Positions 27,111-37,025 of a stretch of DNA of 64,000 nt are shown here, in pieces. Both the position numbers and the translations under genes were made by a program. Source of the DNA: Camelus ferus (taxonomy: Eukaryota); the NCBI RefSeq assembly GCF_009834535.1, contig NC_045697.1:46564001-46628000 (forward strand), given 5' to 3'. The notes under the pieces are model-generated. The model had not been told where the DNA came from. It made no database searches and saw nothing but the letters and a program-made list of their open reading frames with translations. Position 1 is the first letter of the stretch. Each line of letters opens with the position of its first letter.

Positions 27111-28571
27111 ATAATTCATTGGAAGTACTCTATCTTTATCCATGACCTCTGTAAAAGGAATGGGAAAATATGTATAGCCTTACCTGTAGGATTACATGCA
27201 GCACCTACATTAAATAGAGGACTACAGTAAGGATGGGCACACAGATGTTGATCTGCAGTGTGGCAGGGAAAGATAAAGCACTTGGTGATACACCAAAAGA
27301 ATTTCAGAAACAGGACATTTCTATTTTCTCTCATAACTAAAAACATATCACATGAGCAAAGAGTTTAAACAAAGGAGCTCAAACATTCTGAAGTTTTAAA
27401 CTTACTTTAATCCTTCTCTGTTTCTGCTGTTCACATTGACACTAGTATGAACTAACGATGGCTCAGGTGAGAAAACAATGCAACTGACACTATATTTTCC
27501 TCTGCCAATAACTCAGGGGGGAAGGGATCCCAATTAGGTTGACACATGGTGTCTACAAAGAATTAATTCCCACTTGATTCTGGACAGACTTGCAAGCTGG
27601 GTTCCATCCATTAAGACTGCTGGGAATTCTGAGGTTTGGTTTGCATGGTGACATTTTCTACTGCCGTCAACAACTGGATCTAAGAATACCAATCACCAAA
27701 GAACACCTTGTCTTTGGTGTTGTATTATCTAGAGACACTTGGGAATTGTTCCACATTTGGAAGTCATTCCTGACCTACACTGGATAGTTTGGCTATATTT
27801 GTCATGTTGATATCTTCTGGCAGGAACACTTAGACATTTATTGTGAGAGCTTTATCAGGGGACAAAAATATTTGGGATATGCCAAATCAAATTATAGTGC
27901 ACTTGAACAGTCATCATCTCTCTTTTATCCATGATTAGCATTCATTATGCAGCATCAAAAAGATTTACATTAGGATTAATAGACATCATGGAAAAATATG
28001 TCTAAATGTTCCCTACAGAAATCCATACTGCTTAAGCAGCAGCGACCCAACGTAGCTAAATCAGCTGCACCCACAGTACTCTCCCAAATACTTCTGACAC
28101 ATATTGGCTGGAACTCAAATAACTTTTGGGCAAAATGGCAAAGTAGGACAAATTTTTTTCTTTGGAATTCCCTTGTTTCCAATTTACTCATTCAGTCATT
28201 CAAAGTCTATTTATTGAGTACCTGTTATGTACTAGACACAAATCTAAGCAAAACGTTCCTATCCTGTTAGAGATTACCCTTCTCCCAGTTCTTCCAATTC
28301 CCAGCCCTCAGCTTGTCCCCTTGCTCTAATTTTCCTAGAAATATAAAGTACCACTATTTCCCTTCCTCATTTCTCCATGGAAATTAACCCATTCATTAGT
28401 GATTACCTTTCCACGGGCTTCTGAAAAATGTCCTTATCTCAAAGATATTACTAAACACTGAGGAATTCAGATTTGTGTCTGGCTGATGTGGGAAATATCT
28501 GAGGAAATGGAAATAATCTGGAACACCCAAATCAAACCATGAACATGAAAGCTCTAGCTCCTGGAGGATGC

Positions 28572-28765
28572 GGTGGCAGCATAACACAGCAGACGGCGAG
28601 TTCTCAAGCCAGACAGGTGGTGGTTGAAATCCCAGCTGCACTCTTTCCTAACAGTGTGCCTTAGTTTGCCTGAGACACACTTTCCTAGACTTTACTAGTG
28701 AATATTAGTAAAAGATTAGAAATAACATATATTCAGTAACAGGCACGAAATAAATGCTCAAGAAA
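28572..28765 (+). mobile_element. MIR SINE
   Basis: 'ggcagcataac...agccagacaggtggtggttgaaatcccagctgcac...aggcacgaaataaatgctcaagaaat'. Confidence 0.65.
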
Positions 28766-28936
28766 TAATTCTTGTAATTTTACTTCCTCAAGATTGCAAT
28801 TAAGGAGAGTATACTCCATCAGTCCCATTTGTTCCATGACTATATTTATTGCACATAGATTTGCCTTTGGGTTCATGGCACTGTTAAATGCCACTGGTTT
28901 TAAGATCTATGCAATTAAGGGGGGTGGCAAGGAGAA

Positions 28937-30087
28937 TTTTTTTTTTAACTTTGAAATAATTGCAGTGAAGTTGGATATGAAGAACAAAGAGCTTTTCATT
29001 TTGCTAAACCATTTGAAATTAAAGTTGCTGACCGGAAGTGTCATCAGCCACAACTACTTTAACATTTATTTCCTCCAAAGACATTTTTAACATAACCACA
29101 ACAAGGCTATCTAAAATAAAAAGCTAATATTGATACATTACAACCTTCAAATCCTCAGACCCCATTCTTGTTTCACTATGTTCCAATACTGTCCTTAACA
29201 GTAAGAGTCCAGTTCAGAATAAGACATGGAATTTACTAGTCATGTCTCTTTAATCTTCAAACCACAGCAGTTCCTCAATCTTTCTTTGTCTTTCATGACC
29301 TTGACACTTTGGAAGACAACAGGCCAGTTATCTTGTTGAATGTTCCTCAATTTTAGTTTGTCTGGTATTTCATCATGCTTAGAGTCATGTTATGCATCTT
29401 TGGCAAAAATATCAGAGAAGTGATGCTGTGTTCTACTTGCAGGCTATCAAGTCGTACACAGTTCCAATTTTTCCCACTGCTGAGACTGTTCATTTTGGTC
29501 AAGTGATTACTGTTGTATCTGTTAGGTGTCTCCACTGTAAAAATACTCTTTCATGGTAAATTAGTGCACATTTTACAGGGTCATACTTTGAAATTATATA
29601 TTTCCTGTTTCTCATTAAAATTTTATACATCCATTTAGTATTTTAATATAATACGGACTCACAAATTCCTATTCCACTTTGTGCAATACAATCCATTACT
29701 ACCATTCTTGATTTTGATGTTAAAATTCTCCCTGATTTGGCCAGTGTGAACTTTTTCAAGTGAGCTTCTGAGTCCTTTTGCACGTGTCTGTTACTCTTGC
29801 AGCACCACAAGATGCCCCAACCTCATCTTTGACTTTCTCTGCCCCAGCCCTGGGAATCAACCATTTCTCCAAGGAAACCTGCTTTCTTTTCACATAAAAT
29901 AGTACTGAGAAGCCATTATCTGAGTGCTAATTGCTACTGGAGTGTCTCTTCTCCACGTCTCTCACAGTGAACAAAGTAGAGAATATATGTATGTATATTT
30001 AGATCTATAATTATTTCTATATGTATCAAAAGACACTGAAAAACATGAGATCACACTGATATTTTTAAATCAAATCCGACACCACAG
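28937..30087 (-). mobile_element. L1MC4-like 3' region
   Basis: 'tttctttgtctttcatgaccttgacactttggaaga...aggccagttat...tttggcaaaaatatcagagaagtgatgctgtgttct' and 'cccagccctgggaatcaaccatttctccaagga' match the L1MC4-type 3' UTR in antisense. Confidence 0.8.
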
Positions 30088-30180
30088 GGAGAGAAAGGAA
30101 AAGAATAGGAGGAGTAGGGAGAGGAAAAGAAGGAGAAAGGAGGAAAGTTTAAAAGGAAGGGAAGAGAAGGGAGAAGCAGA
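30088..30180 (+). repeat. GA-rich low-complexity tract
   Basis: About 90 nt almost entirely purine, abutting the L1MC4 copy. Confidence 0.85.
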
Positions 30181-30369
30181 ACTCTGTGCGATGTTTAAGA
30201 TACTCCTTAAAAAGAACTTAGAGGAGAAACAAACTCATATTTTGAATGGAATGACAACAGAGTATCGTTCCATTAATAAAATGCATATATGTTTATTTCT
30301 GCTTGCACTCTTAACAACTGGCCTTGCTTACTACTCTCTGTCTGTCTCTTCATGAGAACATGAAGAAGA

Positions 30370-30600
30370 AAAAGCTTGAGGCAATTTCAGACCAGCTATC
30401 AATCAACTGACCCCCAGACATTTAAGAGTCCAACCAAAATAAGCAGAGCTGCCCACTCAATCCACAGCTAATTGTTAACACATGCAGAGCCCAGCTGAGC
30501 CTAGAAGAACCTCCCAGTTAACTTGTAGTCTCGTGAACAATAATAATTTGGTTATTACTTTAAGCCACTGAGGTTTGGGGTCAAGTGTTATATAGCAATC
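30370..30600 (+). mobile_element. MaLR LTR 3' half (MLT1G/H-like)
   Basis: 'gagcccagctgagcctagaagaacctcccag...ctttaagccactgaggtttgggg...gttatatagcaat'. Confidence 0.75.
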
Positions 30601-32902
30601 TTCTGGCTTGAATTAAACTAGAAGTTATACTCTGAAATCAGAAATGCTCTTCTCCTATGAATTATATATTTTCTGGAGCATTCAGTATTCTATAGGTATT
30701 GTTTTATTCAAAGACGAGTAAATGGACGATGGTTAGGTTTCAGGGTAAGGTAGATATATATGAACAAGGACACTGCGATAGGGTCTCATCTCTGTCTGAT
30801 GTACTACATGACCACAGACTACGATCCACAGCCACACAGTGAGCTTTTCAAGAGCATCGACAATGTATTATTTTCCTTTGTATATCTAGCACCTAGGAGA
30901 GCTCCTTCTATATTTGCAATGCTGTAAGCACTCAGTCCAGTAAGTGAGTGGATAAAGGACAAGTGAATTCTGGTCAGTTATTTTAAAAAGTTCAACACAA
31001 TAAATATTTATTTAATGAGTGAAGGAATGAAGATTCAACTTCACTAAACAGGAAGCTCTTTGTTTAAGACAGTTACTCCCTGAAATAAAATTAAGGAGTG
31101 GAAAAATAAGCCAATAGGTCCAAGCCCACAAATGAAGAAATACATAGGAATAAAGGAGAAATGAGTAATGTTGATGAATGGGAGAGTTTTGTAATGCGAG
31201 CATCATAGCAAAAGAGTTAGGAATGAAAACATTTCATTTTGCTGAAAGTCAGCTTCCTCATAACTTCTCAGTGTATGAATTACATGTCACAAAATCCTAA
31301 AGGGAGCCAGAAGTACAGGCAGTATTTTCAAAGTGAGTGCACAAGAAGTAAGCCCCGGACTCCTGATTTCCTGTAATGTGACAACACTGCCTCAGAGGGG
31401 GATGCATGTAGTTTTGTTTCTTGTGACCTCAATAGAAATTAATTTTGTTGTTAGTATCTTTTAAAAATAAAGGTAAAAGCTTGGCTTTCCTTTCCCATGT
31501 TCCAATTAAAGTCAGGATTTTAATAATTATTCTCAGAAACCAAGTTGATGTTGATACATTACTATGCGGATAGCTCTGCATTGTAGTGATGTTTTGTGCT
31601 TGGATGATAATAACTGTCAAAATGCAAGGGGTTAGTGAACAGGACCCATGGGGAATGGCAGGATGACACTCTATGCAAGACATTCTGCTAATAGGTCTGA
31701 GAGCAATTACTGTATGGTTTATGATCACAACACTTAACCCTCTCACTCTCAGACTGTAGGAAGCTTAGCCAGCAAACTGCTTGAGGAAATTTTTGGCTCT
31801 CTGTGTTTTATCAGTAAAGTCCATTTAAGGGGCATGTCATGAAAACTGTCAAATATGCCTGTGCGTTAGAAACATCAATATGGTCTATAATATGACTGCT
31901 GCACAGAAAATGAGCAAACCCAGAGAAGAATTCATCAACTCCTGAACCAGCCTCATCTGATCATTTGCGTTTTTAACTTTAAGTTCAGTTGACCAGTTAC
32001 TCTTTTCTTGTTTTCATGCACTGCTCCTTCACATCAGTATTAAGGTCTCTTTATTTTGTACTTGAGTGTTGTTATGGCATCATGCTAGCTAGTATTTTCT
32101 TTAAAGAAAGCGTAATTGTATCAGTCATGTTTACAAAGGAAGCAAAATAAGCACTTGGTAATCATCTCATTTAGCTATTAGACAACATTCTTTCCAAAAC
32201 ATTCCAAATCTACTATCATCTCTTTTTCTGCTGACCAATAAAGTACCTTGGTCTCTCAACTCCATCAGTTTTCCCATACACTAATCCATGTATGTTACTT
32301 TCTTACCCCATCATCTGCTAACAAGAAACAGAGCAAGTTACCATCAGATTAAACCATAACAAGGAATGTGGGGGTCATAAACACATGTGATTTTTGAAAG
32401 GAAGATTCATAATTTAGAGATATGAAGATAGAGAGTGGCAATATAGTAGAGGTTAGATGTGACATTAAGTCACCAACTGATTTGGAGATAGTCTCTGAGC
32501 CCATAAAATTCAGATATAATAGGTTTCTAATTCCAATCAGCTTGCCTTCCAGTGACTGACAATTTTAATTAAAAATTAACAAAAATATTATCTTCTAATT
32601 TGATAATTATGTACAACACAGACATTTTTACAAATAATCTCCATGAGTTCCTTTTAACAAATACATATTTGGGGTAAACAAGACTACTTTTTCTCTACAA
32701 TCACATACAATAAATTTAGATTTCTTTTGTACAATATTTGACTATATCAATTTGCAAAATAAAAGTGCCATTGACAATAATAGCTTTACTTTTTAATAGT
32801 GACTATAGAGAGTTGTTTGAAGTATCTGCTTAATTCATAACCCTAATCAAGGCTTCTAGGTGCATTTGTGATGTCTGTAAATCTAGGCAGAATTATTATA
32901 GT

Positions 32903-32940
32903 TTATATATATATAAATATGTATATATATTTATAAATAT

Positions 32941-32971
<31 letters not shown>

Positions 32972-32973
32972 TT
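32903..32973 (+). repeat. TA-rich stretch plus (ATTT)8
   Basis: (ATTT)8 at 32939-32970, preceded by degenerate (TA)n. Confidence 0.9.
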
Positions 32974-33124
32974 ATAGACATACATTTAATAATAACTTTT
33001 CCAACAGACAGATTCTTCTGATTCACAAAAAGGCATTGTGTAGTTCAGCAATAAGGGTGACTTACTCTTAGATTTGCTTTTCAACCCCCAAATTTGAAGT
33101 CCCCAGTAAGAAGTTCATACTGTA

Positions 33125-33510
33125 TAACTTTGCCTCCCTGGCTAGTGATGTTCAGATCAGTGATACATACTGACCCATGAAGGGCTGATCAGAATTTTCT
33201 CCTGGTCTGTTTCTCTGTGAAATTGGAACTGAGGACACGAAAAGTCAAGATCTATAGCTTTGCAATGAAGTCAAAGAGGCTAATCTTCAGGAATATAAGA
33301 ATAATAAAAACATGAAGAGAAGAGCAGCGACACAGAGGGAGCATAGTTCTAAGAGATGGTTGGCTTAGTTTTCAATGGTTTTCCATCTACTAGTTGCAGT
33401 CACTTGTGGAATTCGGCTGTCTTTTGTTGACATGGTTTTCAGGAGCTATGCGCACATAAAATAATGTGTGCATAGCTCCTGAAATTGAAAAATTAAATTA
33501 GATTGAGTGA
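33125..33510 (+). mobile_element. Old MaLR LTR (MLT1K/L-like), degraded
   Basis: 'ggctagtgatgttcagatcagtgatacatactgaccca...atcagaattttctcctgg' resembles old MLT1. The subfamily is uncertain. Confidence 0.45.
33437..33484. repeat. Inverted repeat: 21-bp arms, 6-nt loop, one mismatch
   Basis: tttcaggagctatgcgcacat-aaaata-atgtgtgcatagctcctgaaa. Confidence 0.95.
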
Positions 33511-33589
33511 ATAGCAGCCTTGTCAATAGGAAATTATAAGATTTTATGATGAAAGGTTAGATGCTAAGACGAAAAACGATAGGGTGTTG

Positions 33590-34170
33590 GACCCAGACCC
33601 AAATTTGGGGAATGTGTAAGTTTTTCTGGAGAAAGGACCATCTATGGAGAGACATGAAAGAGAAGTGAAGACGGCCAGATGAATCATTGAGAAAGGATTC
33701 TGGAAAGAGGGAACAGCATTATGAATGCCTGCTAAGAAAGATGAGAGCAAGGGGCTGAGGGGACGGGAAGTAGTTCAGGCTGATGAAGAAGAGGCTGGAT
33801 AATTTTGAAAAGTTTAGATTTTAAGAGGACTTCATCAACTGTCATAAAGAGTTTGGATTTGCTCCCGAGAGCAATGGAGAGCACAAGATAAGACTGCTAA
33901 GCAGGCAGAGGGCAGGACTTTAGGGATTTGCAGGATTTAGGCCTTGTTGGGTTATTACTTTGGTTTTATCTGAACAGCATGTTTAAAACATGGGAGAACA
34001 GGCTGGCATTTTAGGGAGAAATAGATCAATCTAGTTAGGATAACCATAGCAATGTAGGGGAAAAAGTGATGAGGAGAAATAGGAAACCACTTCAGGAGAT
34101 GGCTCATGGTCATCAGAGATAACCAGTAGGCAGCAGATAAATTGGTTGCAGAGGGTTAGGGAGAGGGAGA
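33590..34170 (-). mobile_element. L2 fragment
   Basis: 'ggaaagaggggaacagcatttatgaatgcc' and 'taaagagtttggatttgctcccgagagcaatggagagc'. Confidence 0.65.
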
Positions 34171-34469
34171 ATCTTGCAGGACAGCTGGCAGCCTGAAATG
34201 GTCTACTGTATCAAGCAACACGAGTGTGTGATTTTTTTTTTTTTTAAGAAGTATGTTTTTCTCTCTTTCCTTCATTGGCATGTTGTGAAAAGTGGAAAAA
34301 ACAGGGTCGTCATAAGACAGGGGCTTACGGAGGCCTAAACTGAGTACGGAACCCATTCTTTTTGAGAGCACCTAGCTGGTTAAGGAAAATACCTAAGAGG
34401 TAAGGATCTCTGGCTTAATGTAATTAGGTGTTTACATCCAAAACTCTTTCTAACTAAAACATGGCAGCA

Positions 34470-35620
34470 TGAATCCATTTATTGATTAAATATTTATTGA
34501 GTACTTACTATGTGCAAGGCCCTATGGTAGGTACTGGTGATATACTGGCAAAGAAGATACACAATGTCCCTGCCCTCACTGAGCTTATACTTACTACGGG
34601 ATAATATCATAGATCAAATCACTTTAAAATTATTTATAATTTTGAGCACATCTAACAGAGTCCTGACTAACCTATGTGTATCTCAGGAAGTAGTATCTGG
34701 ATGACGCTACAGACTGAATGGTGCCCCCGTTAACCCATGTGTTGAAGTTCTAACCCTCAGTGTGACTGTACATGGAGACAGAACCTTTAAGGAGGCAAAT
34801 CAGATTAAATGAGGTCATGAGGGTGGGGCCCTCATCCAATAGGACTGATGTCCTTATAAGAAGAAAAATACCAGAAGTACACCTGCCCAGAGGAAAGGCC
34901 ATGTAAGGACACAGTGAGAAGGCAGCTGTCTGTAAGCCAAGGATAGAGATCTCACCAGAAAGCAACCCTTGATCTTCCAGCCTCCACAGCTGAGAGAAAA
35001 TAACCCCTGTCTGCAGTATTCTGTTATGGCGGGCTGAGCAGTCTAGTATGGGTGGTATTCTGAAGGATGAGTAAGTCTGTCTTTGCCTATTAGGGCAGGG
35101 CAGGAGGGAGGATATCACGCTAAGGAACAATAGCAGGTGCCTTAGGTGAGGAGCCTCATGGAGTATTGGAGCAATGGAGAGAAGATGAGTGTGAGGAGAG
35201 AGAGGCAGAGTGGCAGGGTCAGGATGTTCAGCTCTGGAGGCCTGCTTACGTTAATTACTGGCTTTTATCCGAACAGTACTAGAAAACCACTGAGAGGTCA
35301 AATCAAACCAGTAACATAATGTTTTGTGATTAGAAAATATGATTCTGACTTCAAAAAGGAGAGTGGATTGGAAGGAGGCAGGAGGTGAGTTTGGAGGCCG
35401 CTGCAGAAACTGGGGAGAGATGGTGGTGGGAGCAGTGTGATGGAGAGGAGTGGATGGATTTAAGAGATGTTTAAAGGGAGCACTGACTTGTTTTTGTGAT
35501 TAATGGGCTATGGTGAGGTAAGTAAATGGAGGTGTCAGAAGTAGTTTCAGGGCACCTCGACTGGCAGGACACTGTGGTGAATGGTAGTGGTTTATTTAGA
35601 TAGGGAGCCACGGAGAAGGG
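34470..35620 (-). mobile_element. L2 LINE interrupted by an MLT1A-type LTR
   Basis: 3' end 'aaatatttattgagtacttactatgtgcaaggc...gtccctgccctcactgagctta'. The L2 body resumes after about 35050 ('ggagagtggattggaaggaggcagg', 'gagtggatggatttaagagatgttt'). Confidence 0.8.
34705..35048 (+). mobile_element. MaLR solo LTR (MLT1A/B-like)
   Basis: 'gttgaagttctaaccctcagtgtgactgta...ttaaatgaggtcatgagggtggggccctcatccaataggactgatgtccttataagaaga...cttccagcctccacagctgagagaaaata'. Explains ORF 34750-35130. Confidence 0.9.
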
Positions 35621-36144
35621 ATACTCCTCGGGCGGAAAGATTACTTCTTTGTGGAGGTGAGGCTAAGAGTCAGTGGGTCTTGGTATTGTTTCAGGGCCCT
35701 TTGCTCCATGCTTAACGGGAAACTACACGCTGTAGATTTGATAAACAAAGACCCAGCTCCTGAGAGAAGGGGCCTGATGAGCGCTAGGCAGTGCTCTAGG
35801 TTTCAGGGCTGGGGCAGGTTCCAAAGCAGAAAATCCTCAGTGTGGATACTGATCAATAGCTGGGGAGTGCACTCCGAAAGGGGGGATCTGGTGCTCTGGC
35901 ATCACCTGACTTCCAGATGCCAATCTCTGGCGTAAGATTAATTTTAGCCACACTCAGCCTGAGGCATTCATGAGCTCTATGAGCTTGGTGGGACTGGCCC
36001 AGAATCTAAACCAAGAAGGACTGAGTGACTCCTCTTCCCTGAGCCTGCTCTCCAATTTCAAAGAGAGTGCAAGTCTCATTCTTCTGTAATTACTGGCTGT
36101 GAAGTAATGCTTAGCAGCCCATGGATTTATTTACATACGCATAG

Positions 36145-36325
36145 GTCTATATTGAACAAATATGCGTGCAGTGCCTACCATAACTTACTTCCTTCTCACA
36201 GAATCCTTATGAGGCAGGTAATGTATAACCATTATGCAGACAAATAGACTGAGGCCCAGAGAAGTCTAGCTAGTAAGTGTCAGAGAGCTAGGATTTGTCT
36301 TGGAAGGCTGGTCTGCCCTCACCAT
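36145..36325 (-). mobile_element. MIR SINE
   Basis: 'cttatgaggcaggta...ccattatgcagacaaatagactgaggcccagagaag...gctagtaagtgtcagagagctaggatttg'. Confidence 0.7.
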
Positions 36326-36854
36326 TATAATGTATTTAAATTTTCTTCCTTTTTAGATAGTTAAGTTAAATGGTATTAACAAGCTACGTATAAAAAAAAT
36401 CAGACGTAAGAAGACCTGTTTCTAGTCCTTGCTGGTTCAAGTGAGCTCCCAGGACTTGGTTCCAGTAGGTTCCATTACAGTCCCCACATTCTCACAAGGC
36501 CTTCTTTGAGTAAAAAAAAAGTCATGTGGCTTTTTAGAGGAATCCTAAGAATAACACTTGGTAAGTACAGTCAGTGTCAGACAGCCCACTCTAATGGGCC
36601 TATTGCTCATTTATATGACTCTTAGGTTCTCAAAACCTTGAAGTATCTGTTCTCTTTGCAGAATGCTCTCTTATCCAACTTTTCTGCATAAGTCTAAACT
36701 TTACTCTTCTTTCAAGGATTCACACAACTCTTTCCTCTATGAAGCCTTCTCTGATCATCTCATCAAAATTAGTATTTCCCTCTATGTTCTCAGAGTGTTA
36801 CACCCTTATTACAGCTCTTATTTTAGCATAGCTGGCATTAGAGCTCCCAACTAC

Positions 36855-37025
36855 AATAGTTCGAGGATTCTAGGATAAATAGTTTTCACGCTTAACATGT
36901 CTGAAATAGGTATGCATCTTACAGTCAATGCAATGGCATCTTATAATTGATTCGCAGTTTGTTTTTTCACTTCTCTGTGTTACATAAAATGATGGCATAT
37001 CACACAATTAATAGCACCTTAGTAG
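36855..37025. mobile_element. MER104-like TcMar DNA transposon fossil
   Basis: 'ttaacatgtctgaaataggtatgcatcttacagtcaatg...gttacataaaatgatggcatatcacacaattaatagcaccttag' matches MER104 as I recall it. Confidence 0.65.

Noticed and set aside
31429..31746. 105-aa minus ORF with IPHGSCSLTP resembling the RT QG motif
   Set aside because: Only one motif, with the key Q absent. Kept only as a weak mention in the cluster finding.
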